Of a stretch of DNA of 59,230 nucleotides, positions 8,858-18,193 are shown piece by piece. The stretch covers positions 1-59,230 of the forward strand of contig NZ_JAUYNP010000046.1 in NCBI RefSeq assembly GCF_030696055.1, in the 5' to 3' direction. This DNA comes from Pseudomonas sp. (GTDB lineage Bacteria; Pseudomonadota; Gammaproteobacteria; Pseudomonadales; Pseudomonadaceae). Position 1 is the stretch's first letter; each line of letters opens with the position of its first letter. The position numbers and the translations under genes were made by a program. Below the pieces are notes generated by a model. The model searched no databases, had not been told where the DNA came from, and saw only the letters and a list, made by a program, of their open reading frames with translations.

Positions 8858-10720
8858 TTGAAACTCTCCAGATTATGTATTGCGATTGCCAGCACAACGC
8901 TCTCGACCCTGACCCTGCTGGGCTGTCAGACCGCCACCACGCCGCCGGCCGATCTGGTGATGCGTAACGGCTATGTGTACACAGTCGATGGCCAGGATTC
9001 GGTGCAGCAGGCAGTAGCCGTGGCGGGCGGCAAGATCGTCTATGTCGGCGACGACCAAGGCGCCGCCGCCTATATCGGCAAGCAGACCCAGCAGATCGAT
9101 CTGGCCGGGCGCATGCTCATGCCCGGTTTCGTCGATGCCCATATGCACCCGGGCGACGGCGGCCGCGCCTTGCTGTTGTGCAACCTGAACTATGAAAAAA
9201 TGACCCGGGCGCAGTTCCAGACCAAGATTCAGGCCTGCCTGGATGCCAGCAAGGACAAGGAACCCAATGCCTGGCTCGAAGTGGGGAGCTGGGATCGGAT
9301 CGGCATGGCCAGCCTCGACGGCGACCCGGACAAGTCGACCCTGGATGCGCTGAAGACCGATCGGCCGATTCAGGTGCGCTCCACCGATTTCCATACAGTG
9401 TTGACCAACTCCCGCGGCCTGCAACTGGCCGGTATCAGCAAGGCCACTGTCGATCCGGTCGGCGGCAAATTCGCCCGCGACAGCGCCGGCAATCCCACCG
9501 GCATCTGCGAAGACGGCGCCGCCGAAACCATGGCGGCCAAGGTGCCGCCGGCTACCGACGCCGAGAAGCTGACGCAGATCCGCGTCGCCCTGGATGCCAT
9601 GCGCGAGCAAGGCATCACCAGTTTCTTCGATGCCCTGTCCGGAGCCGAAAATGCCAAGGCCTTCACCCGCCTGCAGCAGTCCGGCGAACTGACCGCCCGC
9701 GCCACGCTGGCGCTGATGCTCGACCCCGCCGAGGCGGCGGCCGACCCGGCCAAGAGCATAGCCGCGGCCAAGGCGCTGGCGCAGACCTACGACCAGGGCG
9801 CGCTGCAGGTGCAACCTGGGGTGAGCATGCGCCACGTCAAATTGTTTATGGACGGCATTATCAACGCGCCGGCCAATACCGGGGCCTTGTTGATGCCGTA
9901 CATGAAGAATGTCGGCACGCAGAAAGCCCCGCAGTGGGTGCCCGGCGACAACCTCGGCGAGCTGTATTACCCGGCGCCGGTGCTCAAGCCGTTGCTGCTC
10001 GAGGCGGTAAAGGCCGGCTTCGACCCGCACCTGCACGCCACCGGCGAGCGCGCGGTGCGTGAGTCGCTGGATGGCATCGCCTATGTGCGCCAGCAACTGC
10101 CGGGCAACGCCTTCCGCCCGGCCATCGCCCACGCCGAGACTGTGGCCAGCGCCGACTACGGGCGCTTCAAGGCGCTGGACACCACCGCCAGCATGTCCCA
10201 CCAGTGGGCCCAGCAGGCGCCGTTCTCGGTCGATGGCACCAACGACCAGCTCGGTGCCGAGCGCTTCGCCCGCATGGAACCCTCCGGCAGCATCGCCCAG
10301 GCCGGCGGCCGCGTGGCCTATGGCAGCGACTGGCCGGTCGATCCGCTCGACGAACTGCTGGCGCTGAAGATCGGCGTCACCCGTTCCGGCGATCCGCTCA
10401 ATCCGCACAGCTATGGCCCCGATCTGGCCGGCAAGCTCAACGCCGCGCCAGGCCTGTCGCGTGCCGAGGCGCTGCGCTCCATCACCCGCAACGCCGCCGA
10501 GCAGCTGCGCCTGGACGCGGCGGTCGGCTCGATCGAAGTCGGCAAGTTCGCCGACCTGATCGTCCTCGACAAGAACTTTATGCAGGTGCCCGAGGAGGAG
10601 TTGGCGCGCAACCAAGTGCTGTTGACCCTGGTCGGCGGCAAGGTGGTGTTTGCCAAGGAGCAGTTCAGCAGCCTGGCGCCCAAGGCCCTGCTGAGCAAGG
10701 CCACACCGGCCCTCGATTAA
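8858..10720 (+). CDS. Lipoprotein metal-dependent amidohydrolase (Amidohydro_3/YtcJ-like)
   Basis: TTG start after GAGGTG; lipobox LLGC; PGFVDAHMH, HATG, AHAE, GSDWPV, GKFADL motifs. Confidence 0.85.
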   Translation: MKLSRLCIAIASTTLSTLTLLGCQTATTPPADLVMRNGYVYTVDGQDSVQQAVAVAGGKIVYVGDDQGAAAYIGKQTQQIDLAGRMLMPGFVDAHMHPGDGGRALLLCNLNYEKMTRAQFQTKIQACLDASKDKEPNAWLEVGSWDRIGMASLDGDPDKSTLDALKTDRPIQVRSTDFHTVLTNSRGLQLAGISKATVDPVGGKFARDSAGNPTGICEDGAAETMAAKVPPATDAEKLTQIRVALDAMREQGITSFFDALSGAENAKAFTRLQQSGELTARATLALMLDPAEAAADPAKSIAAAKALAQTYDQGALQVQPGVSMRHVKLFMDGIINAPANTGALLMPYMKNVGTQKAPQWVPGDNLGELYYPAPVLKPLLLEAVKAGFDPHLHATGERAVRESLDGIAYVRQQLPGNAFRPAIAHAETVASADYGRFKALDTTASMSHQWAQQAPFSVDGTNDQLGAERFARMEPSGSIAQAGGRVAYGSDWPVDPLDELLALKIGVTRSGDPLNPHSYGPDLAGKLNAAPGLSRAEALRSITRNAAEQLRLDAAVGSIEVGKFADLIVLDKNFMQVPEEELARNQVLLTLVGGKVVFAKEQFSSLAPKALLSKATPALD

Positions 10721-10786
10721 GCGGCCCGGTCGCCGCGGCGCCCGCTGCAATCAGGATTTCCATCACCCTTGCCACAGGAGACGCGC

Positions 10787-11590
10787 ATGAGCGACACCCC
10801 TTTGTTCCCCACCCTGGCGGTCATTCTCGCCGCCGGTCAGGGCAGTCGGATGCGTTCCACGCTGCCCAAGGTGCTGCATCAGGTCGGCAACCGGCCGCTG
10901 CTCGGCCATGTGTTGGCCAGCAGCCTGGCGGCCGACGTCGACCGCCTGGCGGTGGTGATAGGCCCGGACCAACAGGCCGTGGCCGACTATGTGCGGCAGC
11001 AGGCGCCAGAGGCCCAGCAGTTTATTCAGTACGAACGCCTGGGTACCGCCCATGCCGTGCTGGCGGCGCAGCCGGCGCTGCAGGCCCACAGTGAGGGCTG
11101 CGTGCTGGTGCTGTTCGGCGACTCGCCGCTGATCGGCGCGAACACTCTGGCGCGCCTGCGCCAGGCATTGATCGGGGGTGCGGCGGTGGCCGTGGCCGGT
11201 TTCGTCACCAGCCAACCGGGGCCCTATGGCCGCCTGCTGACCGAGGGCGAATGGTTGTTGGCGATCCGCGAGGCTAAGGACGCCAGCCCCGCCGAGCTTG
11301 AGGTGCAGCTGTGCAACGGCGGGGTTATGGGCTTGCGTGCCGAGCACTGTCTGGGGCTGCTGCAGCGCATCGGCAAGGCCAATGCCCAGGGCGAGTACTA
11401 CCTGACCGACGCGGTGGCCCTGGCCAACGCCGCCGGCCTCGCGGTGCAGGTCGTGGAAGTGGCCGAGGAGGAGGTGCTGGGGGTCAACGACCCTGAGCAA
11501 CTGCAGGCGGCCGAGCAGATCTTCCAGCGCCGTCTGCGTCAGCAAATCGCGCACAACAGCCATAGCGAAGCGTCGGCTGTTAACGCCTAA
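10787..11590 (+). CDS. Stand-alone GlmU N-terminal uridylyltransferase domain (no acetyltransferase beta-helix)
   Basis: ILAAGQGSRMRS.LPKVLH, LGTAHAV, YGRL, NAQGEYYLTD, GVND; ends after the linker helix. Confidence 0.85.
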   Translation: MSDTPLFPTLAVILAAGQGSRMRSTLPKVLHQVGNRPLLGHVLASSLAADVDRLAVVIGPDQQAVADYVRQQAPEAQQFIQYERLGTAHAVLAAQPALQAHSEGCVLVLFGDSPLIGANTLARLRQALIGGAAVAVAGFVTSQPGPYGRLLTEGEWLLAIREAKDASPAELEVQLCNGGVMGLRAEHCLGLLQRIGKANAQGEYYLTDAVALANAAGLAVQVVEVAEEEVLGVNDPEQLQAAEQIFQRRLRQQIAHNSHSEASAVNA

Positions 11591-11613
11591 GCCCATCCTT
11601 GGAGGACCGCGTC

Positions 11614-13095
11614 ATGTATCACTACGAGCACCTGTATATCGATGGCCAATGGGTAGCGCCGCGCCGCCAGGGCAGCTTCGATAGTTTCGACCCCAGCGAT
11701 GACAGCATCCTGGCCCGGGTTGCGGCGGCCAGCGCCGAGGACGTCGCGCTGGCGGTCGGCGCGGCGCGGCGCGCCTTCGATCAGGGCGATTGGCCACGCC
11801 TATCCGGTAGCGAGCGGGCCCGCGTGCTGCGCCGGATCGCCGAGGGCATCCGCGCGCGCCAGGACGAATTGGCCATTCTCGAGGTGCGCGACAACGGCAA
11901 GCCGCTGGCCGAGGCGCAATTGGACATCGCCGATGCCGCCGGCTGCTTCGTCTATTACGCAGGCCTCGCCGAAGCCGCCGACGCCGCGCCGCGCCAGGCC
12001 ATCGAGGTGCCCGACGAGCGCTTTAGCTGCTGGGTCGAGCGCGAGCCGGTGGGGGTGGTGGGCGCCATCATCCCGTGGAACTTCCCCCTGCTGATGGCCG
12101 CCTGGAAGGTAGCCCCAGCGCTGGCGGCGGGCTGCACCCTGGTGCTCAAGCCCTCAGAGCTGACGCCCCTGAGCGCCCTGGAACTGGCGCGCATCGCCCA
12201 CCAGGCTGGGCTGCCGGCCGGGGTGCTGAACGTGCTTAGCGGTCTGGGCAGCGAGGCGGGCGCGGCCTTGGCCGAACACCCCGGGCTGGACAAGCTGGCC
12301 TTTACCGGCAGCGTGCCGACCGGGCGCAAGATCATGCAGGCGGCGGCCCGCGAGATCAAAAACCTCAGCCTGGAACTGGGCGGCAAGTCGCCCTTCATCG
12401 TCTTCGCCGACAGCCAGCTGGAGGCGGCGGTTGAATGGATCATGTTCGGCATCTTCTGGAACCAGGGCCAGGTCTGCTCGGCCACCTCGCGGGTACTGGT
12501 GGAACGCGCGCTGTATCCGGCGCTGCTGGCACGGCTGGTCGAGGCAACCGGCAAAATCCGCATCGGCCCGGGCCTGGAGGAGGGCGTGCAGCTCGGCCCG
12601 CTGGTCAGCCGCGGCCAGCTGGACAAGGTGCTGAGCGCCATCGCCCGTGGCCAGCAGGAAGGCGCCCAGCTGCTATGCGGCGGCCAGCGTCCCGAGCATC
12701 TGCAGCAGGGCAATTATCTGACTCCTGCGATCTTCGCCGATGTGCCGCTGGCGAGCGCGCTGTGGCGCGAGGAAATCTTCGGCCCGGTGGTCTGCCTGCG
12801 CGCTTTCGACACTGAGGCCGAGGCGCTGCAACTGGCCAACGATTCGCCTTTCGGCCTGGCCGCCGCGGTGATGTCGGAGGATATCCCGCGCTGCGAGCGA
12901 GTCGCCCGGGGTCTGCGCGCCGGCATCGTATGGATCAACTGTTCGCAGCCGACTTTCAACGAGGCGCCCTGGGGCGGTTACAAGCAGAGCGGCATCGGCC
13001 GCGAGCTGGGCGAGTGGGGCTTTAACAGCTACCTGGAGGTCAAGCAGATCACCCGTTACGACAGCCAGCAAGCCTGGGGCTGGTATCTGCAATAA
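11614..13095 (+). CDS. Aminoaldehyde/betaine-aldehyde-type dehydrogenase (ALDH10-like)
   Basis: PWNFP, LELGGKSP, FWNQGQVCSATSR, WINCSQP, C-terminal WGWY. Confidence 0.88.
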   Translation: MYHYEHLYIDGQWVAPRRQGSFDSFDPSDDSILARVAAASAEDVALAVGAARRAFDQGDWPRLSGSERARVLRRIAEGIRARQDELAILEVRDNGKPLAEAQLDIADAAGCFVYYAGLAEAADAAPRQAIEVPDERFSCWVEREPVGVVGAIIPWNFPLLMAAWKVAPALAAGCTLVLKPSELTPLSALELARIAHQAGLPAGVLNVLSGLGSEAGAALAEHPGLDKLAFTGSVPTGRKIMQAAAREIKNLSLELGGKSPFIVFADSQLEAAVEWIMFGIFWNQGQVCSATSRVLVERALYPALLARLVEATGKIRIGPGLEEGVQLGPLVSRGQLDKVLSAIARGQQEGAQLLCGGQRPEHLQQGNYLTPAIFADVPLASALWREEIFGPVVCLRAFDTEAEALQLANDSPFGLAAAVMSEDIPRCERVARGLRAGIVWINCSQPTFNEAPWGGYKQSGIGRELGEWGFNSYLEVKQITRYDSQQAWGWYLQ

Positions 13096-13293
13096 GTGGC
13101 TGGCCGCGAGTCAGTGCAGTAGTTAGCCGGGCCAGCACATGGTCCGGCACAAGCGTTTCTCTTTAGTTGTTCAAGCATCCGGAGAAAACGGCTAGCGCCA
13201 GTCGGTAGTGGTGTTTCGTGGGATTGCCGTCGCTCTAGCCAGAGGCAAGCAAATTCACTGCGGTATTCAACCAACCTGAAAGTGGAGCATCCC

Positions 13294-14982
13294 ATGAGTC
13301 GTAAATCACGTCGCTCGAACTCCCCGCTGGCCCGCCTGTTCGACCGCCTGCAATGGGCGCACCGGCAGTCGGAACTCACCGGCATCCCCACCGATGAACT
13401 GCTGGACATGCGCACCGAGAAGGAGCAGCAAGCGGCCAGTCAACGCCAGCTGCAGAGCAATAGGCGCGACTTTATCAAGACCGTTGGCGCCGGCCTTGCC
13501 GGTGCCGGCCTGCTCGGCGCCTTGGGCCCGGCCATGGCCGCCATGGCCGCCATGGGCGGACAGGGCAACAATCCCGGGCGGGTCATCATCATAGGCGCGG
13601 GCCTGGCCGGCTTGCGTTGCGCCCACCGTCTGCAGCAATACGGCTATCCCAGCACCCTGTACGAGGCCAATACCCGTATCGGCGGCCGCGCCTTCACCAC
13701 CCGCAACTTCTTCGATAACGGCATGGCGGTGGAGCGCGGCGGCGAGCTGGTGTCGACCGAGCACAGCGCCTTGCGCAACCTGGTGCACCAGCTCGGTCTC
13801 AGCCTGGAGGACGTCAACAGTGGTGGGCTGCCTGGCAGTGAGGAGCTGTATTACGTCAATAACCAGTTCTATCGCGAAGCCGAGCTACGCGCCGACTGGC
13901 GGGAGATCTACGACCTGTTCAAGCGCACCCAGCAGGCCGCGCCCTGGCAGCCTGTGTATAACAACCACAATGCCGAGCACGCGCGACTGGACTGGATCAA
14001 CGCCAACGACTGGCTGGATCAGGTCGGCATAGGCGCGGGCAGCAACTTTGGCCAGCTGATGCAGGCTAACCTGATCTCCGAATACGGCCATGCCCCGGAC
14101 GCGCAGACCTGTCTCAACCTGATCTACCTGCTGGCCTTCAACTCGATCAACGAGCCGCTGCCGCTGGCCGGCACCGACGAGCGTTATCACATAGTCGGCG
14201 GCAGTGACGCGGTGGTGTACGCCATGGCCAACCAGTTGCCGGCGGGCACGCTGGTCACCAGCAAGGCGCTGACCAGCATCGCCGGCGGCCCCAACGGCCC
14301 CTATGTGTGCTCCTTCAGCGATGGCAGCAGCGATATCTGCGACCAGCTGGTGCTGGCCCTGCCGTTCAGCAAATTGCGCGAAGTGGCTATCGCTCCGGAG
14401 ATCCTCGCCAGCTTCTCCGTCGCCAAGCGCCGCGCGATCAACGAGATGGCCCTCGGCGCCAACGGCAAGATTCATATCCAATGCGGCTCGCGGCCCTGGG
14501 ACGCGACGCGCTATATCGAGGGGCAGGCCGTGCCTATGGGCGGCGTGAGCTATTCCGGCGGCACGGGATTCGTCACCGTCTGGGATACCCAGGTCAATAA
14601 ACCCACCAGCGGCAGCGTGCTGTGCAATTACCTGGGCGGCAATCAGGGCCGCGCCTTGAACAGCAGCGTGCCCTTTGCCCAAGCGGCGACAAGCGATGTC
14701 AACCGACTGCTCGGTCAGATCGAGCCGGTATTCCCCGGCACCACAGCGGCTTACCAGGGCAAGGCGCTGGTCTCCAAGTGGGTGATCAACCCCTGGAGCC
14801 TGGGCAGCTATGCCGCTCCCGCCCTGGGTCACTACACCAGTTTCTGGGGCGCGCAGTGGGAGAAGGACGCAGGCAACCGCATCCATTTCTGCGGTGAACA
14901 CTGCTCAGCCGAGTCCTGGGGTTTCCTCAACGGCGCGGTGGAAACGGGCGAGCGTGCGGCCCAGGCCCTGGTCCAGGGCTAA
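13294..14982 (+). CDS. Flavin-dependent monoamine/amine oxidase family protein with a twin-arginine signal
   Basis: NRRDFIK plus hydrophobic stretch; IIGAGLAGL, EA..RIGGR, GSY, HFCGEH, GFLNGAVETGERAA. Confidence 0.85.
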   Translation: MSRKSRRSNSPLARLFDRLQWAHRQSELTGIPTDELLDMRTEKEQQAASQRQLQSNRRDFIKTVGAGLAGAGLLGALGPAMAAMAAMGGQGNNPGRVIIIGAGLAGLRCAHRLQQYGYPSTLYEANTRIGGRAFTTRNFFDNGMAVERGGELVSTEHSALRNLVHQLGLSLEDVNSGGLPGSEELYYVNNQFYREAELRADWREIYDLFKRTQQAAPWQPVYNNHNAEHARLDWINANDWLDQVGIGAGSNFGQLMQANLISEYGHAPDAQTCLNLIYLLAFNSINEPLPLAGTDERYHIVGGSDAVVYAMANQLPAGTLVTSKALTSIAGGPNGPYVCSFSDGSSDICDQLVLALPFSKLREVAIAPEILASFSVAKRRAINEMALGANGKIHIQCGSRPWDATRYIEGQAVPMGGVSYSGGTGFVTVWDTQVNKPTSGSVLCNYLGGNQGRALNSSVPFAQAATSDVNRLLGQIEPVFPGTTAAYQGKALVSKWVINPWSLGSYAAPALGHYTSFWGAQWEKDAGNRIHFCGEHCSAESWGFLNGAVETGERAAQALVQG

Positions 14983-14989
14983 CAGAGGG

Positions 14990-15021
14990 GGCCAGCGTCT
15001 AGCTTGGGCGAGGCGCTGGCC
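14990..15021. terminator. Hairpin between the convergent amine oxidase and kup genes
   Basis: GGCCAGCGTCT...AGGCGCTGGCC inverted repeat. Confidence 0.45.
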
Positions 15022-16922
15022 TACATCTCAACCTGAGTGCCCAGTTCGATCACCCGGTTCATCGGCAGATTGAAGTACTTCAGGTTGCTGTTGGCATTCT
15101 TCAGCAGAAAGGCGAACAGGTTTTCTCGCCAGCGCGCCATGCCGATGCGCTTGGTCGGCACGACAGTTTCACGGCTGAGGAAATAGGTGGTGCACATCGG
15201 GCTGAAATCCAGTTCGCTCAAGTGGCAGAGGCTCAAGGCGGCCGGTACGTCGGGCTCCTCGATAAAGCCAAAGTGCAGGCTGACGCGGAAGAAGCCCTCG
15301 CCATAGGCTTCGACCTCGAAGCGGCGTTCTGGCGCCACCCGCGGGCTGTCTTCGGACACCACGGTGAGCAACACCACCTGCTCGTGCAGCACTTGGTTAT
15401 GCAGCAGGTTGTGCAACAGCGCATGGGGCACGGCGTCGGCCCGTGCGGTCAGGAATACCGCCGTACCTTGCACCCGATGCGGTGGCTGCGAGCGGATGCT
15501 GCTGATAAATAACGGCAGCGGCAGGGCGCTCTCATCCAGCCTTTCCACAATGATCTTGCGACCGCGTTTCCAGGTCGTCATCAGAATGAATAGGACAATC
15601 CCAGCGATCACGGGGAAGGCACCGCCTTGAAATATTTTCGGCGCATTGGCCGCGAAGTACAGGCCGTCCACCAGGAGAAAACCCAGCAGCATGGGGATTG
15701 CCAGCCAGCGCGGGGTTTTCCACAGCAGCAGCACTACAGCCGATGCGAGCAGGGTGGTGATCAGCATGGTGCCCGTCACCGCCACCCCATAGGCAGCGGC
15801 CAAGGCGCTGGAGGATTCGAAGCCGATGACCAGCAGCACCACGCCCACCATCAGCGCCCAGTTAACCGTGCCGATATAGATCTGCCCCTGCTCTTGGCTT
15901 GAGGTGTGTTGGATAAACATGCGCGGCACGTAGCCTAACTGGATGGCCTGGCGCGTCAGGGAGAAGGCCCCGGAAATCACCGCCTGCGAGGCGATGATGG
16001 TGGCCAGGGTCGACAGCCCGACCATCGGCAACAAGGCCCAGCTCGGTGCCAACAGGTAGAACGGGTTGCGTACGGCTTCGGGGTTTTCCAGGATCAAGGC
16101 GCCTTGGCCGAAGTAGTTCAGCAGCAACCCCGGCAGCACCAAGATAAACCAGGCGCGCGCAATCGGCTTGCGGCCGAAGTGGCCCATGTCGGCATACAGC
16201 GCCTCGGCGCCCGTCAGCGCCAGCACTACGGCGCCGAGAATGGCCAGTCCGATGCCCGGATGCACGACAAAGAAGCGCACGGCCCACATCGGATTGAGCG
16301 CTTGCAGCACTTCGGGACGCTGCACGATGCCATAGATGCCCAGCGTGCCTAAGACTAAAAACCACAGCACCATGACCGGGCCGAACAGGGTGCCGATGCG
16401 CGCCGTGCCGTGTTTCTGGATCAAGAACAGCGCCACCAGCACGATCAGCGACAAGGGTACGACCCAGTGCTCTATCCCATCGAATGCCAGCTGCAACCCT
16501 TCAACCGCGGACAGTACCGAGATGGCCGGGGTGATCATGCTGTCGCCGTAGAACAGCGCCGCACCGAACAGGCCGAGCAGCACCAGCACCTTGCTCAGCT
16601 GTGGATAGGGCGCGGCGGCGCGGCGGGCCAAGGCCGTCAACGCCATGATGCCGCCTTCGCCCTGGTTGTCGGCGCGCAGGATAAACAGCACATATTTGAG
16701 CGAGACCACCCAGAGCAGCGACCAGAAGATCAGCGACAGAATGCCGAGCACTCCGTCATGGTTGGCTTGCACCCCGTAATGACCGGCGAACACCTCTTTC
16801 AGGGTGTACAGCGGGCTGGTGCCAATGTCGCCGTACACCACCCCGACAGCTGCTATGAGCAGGCCTGCCGCTGAGGTTTTTGTCTGGGGTTGTTCGAGTG
16901 CGTGGGAAGCTGGTTGGCTCAC
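15021..16922 (-). CDS. kup: Potassium transporter Kup
   Basis: [42 protein letters not shown]-terminal ELGTQVE. Confidence 0.95.
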   Translation of the reverse strand: MSQPASHALEQPQTKTSAAGLLIAAVGVVYGDIGTSPLYTLKEVFAGHYGVQANHDGVLGILSLIFWSLLWVVSLKYVLFILRADNQGEGGIMALTALARRAAAPYPQLSKVLVLLGLFGAALFYGDSMITPAISVLSAVEGLQLAFDGIEHWVVPLSLIVLVALFLIQKHGTARIGTLFGPVMVLWFLVLGTLGIYGIVQRPEVLQALNPMWAVRFFVVHPGIGLAILGAVVLALTGAEALYADMGHFGRKPIARAWFILVLPGLLLNYFGQGALILENPEAVRNPFYLLAPSWALLPMVGLSTLATIIASQAVISGAFSLTRQAIQLGYVPRMFIQHTSSQEQGQIYIGTVNWALMVGVVLLVIGFESSSALAAAYGVAVTGTMLITTLLASAVVLLLWKTPRWLAIPMLLGFLLVDGLYFAANAPKIFQGGAFPVIAGIVLFILMTTWKRGRKIIVERLDESALPLPLFISSIRSQPPHRVQGTAVFLTARADAVPHALLHNLLHNQVLHEQVVLLTVVSEDSPRVAPERRFEVEAYGEGFFRVSLHFGFIEEPDVPAALSLCHLSELDFSPMCTTYFLSRETVVPTKRIGMARWRENLFAFLLKNANSNLKYFNLPMNRVIELGTQVEM

Positions 16923-17107
16923 TGAGTGTTTCTCGAAAATTGAGAGGCGAAAAACGCAGGTGGTTTTTCCGTCTGCAGTGCGCTTGTGCTGGCCAGTGTG
17001 GGCTTGTCGCGCTGGTGCGCTTAGCCGCTGGGTCTTGCGCTGCTAGGTGCGGGGGTGGCCAAGCATTGCTCTGCCTGGCCAGTATCGTTGCAGAGCAAAA
17101 TGCCTTT

Positions 17108-17124
17108 CGTAAAAAAAGCGTAAA
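17108..17124 (-). promoter_or_regulatory. KdpE-like binding box upstream of kup
   Basis: Minus strand TTTACGCTTTTTTTACG resembles the E. coli kdpFABC KdpE site (TTTATACTTTTTTTACA as recalled). Confidence 0.6.
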
Positions 17125-17201
17125 TTTTTCTAGGACAGCGACGGCTTCGCCAGGCTGGCGAACCGCTGGGCAGGTTAGGTTAGAGCCGCCGCGCTTAAGG
17201 C

Positions 17202-17819
17202 TTAGCGCGCCGGTGCGGCCGGGTTCGCGGCGGCTCTCAGGGCTTTGGCCACTTGCCTTTGTATCTCGTAGGCAGGCGCCTCGACGAGGTTGTAGTCACG
17301 GCTATAGCGCGCGGCGAACTCGCCAACGCCCCATTGCAGGTACTGCTGCACATGCTTCAATTCGTGCGCCCAGAGCGCGGCATCGTTCAGCGCGTCGTCC
17401 GGGTGGCGGAATACGATGATGTCGATCAGGGTCACGGCATTCACATCGGGGTTCTGCAGCATGGCGTTGGCGGCATTTAGCTGCGCCTCATCGCCTATGG
17501 TGTAGCGCGCCGAGTCGAGCACCTGCAGGTCATAGTAGGGTTCGAGCTGGGCGCGGATATTCAGCGGTATCGGCCGAACATCGCCAGCGGCCGCGGTGTT
17601 GCGTGAGCGCACCAGCCACTCCTGCAAGCCGGAGGCGGCCATCTGGTTCATGTTTTCCAGGAGCGGCCCGATTTCCTCGACCGAGCCCGGCGCACAGAAA
17701 CAGCTGACCACGCAGACTTCGGACTGCCCGGCCGGGCAGGCGGCCAGCGCGAGCGGAGCGGCGAAGGCGGTGAGCAATAAGGCTGTTCGGCAGCATTGAC
17801 GCAAAAAAACGGCAGGCAT
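17202..17819 (-). CDS. Exported DUF4157-like HExxH protein
   Basis: Signal peptide, Cys-rich CPAGQ..C...CFC segment, AVTL..IIVF, WAHELKHVQQY, E.PAY. Confidence 0.7.
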   Translation of the reverse strand: MPAVFLRQCCRTALLLTAFAAPLALAACPAGQSEVCVVSCFCAPGSVEEIGPLLENMNQMAASGLQEWLVRSRNTAAAGDVRPIPLNIRAQLEPYYDLQVLDSARYTIGDEAQLNAANAMLQNPDVNAVTLIDIIVFRHPDDALNDAALWAHELKHVQQYLQWGVGEFAARYSRDYNLVEAPAYEIQRQVAKALRAAANPAAPAR

Positions 17820-18193
17820 TGGGGCTCCCAGGGGCGATGGCGATCGGCTGGCGCTACTGTGCGCAGCGCTGTGGTCTTTGTCCAACCGGGGATTTTGACC
17901 CTGGCGGGCGCCGTTAGTTACCCAAGGCCTCGGCGCATTTTTGGGTATTTTCAGATGGCCCGAGCCGTTCACGTTTGGCGTTGCTTTCTTGCACGCTAGC
18001 TAAAGATTCAAGTCGCTCTAACGCCTAATCCTGGTGTGATCGCTGGGGGGCATAGAGCCGAGCAGGGCGGCTTGATGGGCGAGCGCATCAGGGGCGCGGA
18101 GCAGGTAGACTGCAAGGCGCCCGCCCGGCCAACGTGGCACGGGGGACGCCTTCGCCCAGTGCGTGCGGGCCTTGCTTGCCTTGGATAGCGCTT

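Noticed and set aside
10787-11590. Truncated glmU as a pseudogene
   Set aside because: Motifs are intact, the break falls at the domain boundary, there is no downstream remnant, and it has a good RBS.
13144-13161. Possible sigma54 promoter upstream of the amine oxidase (CGGCAC-N5-TTTC)
   Set aside because: It lacks the conserved -12 GC, so it is too weak to call.
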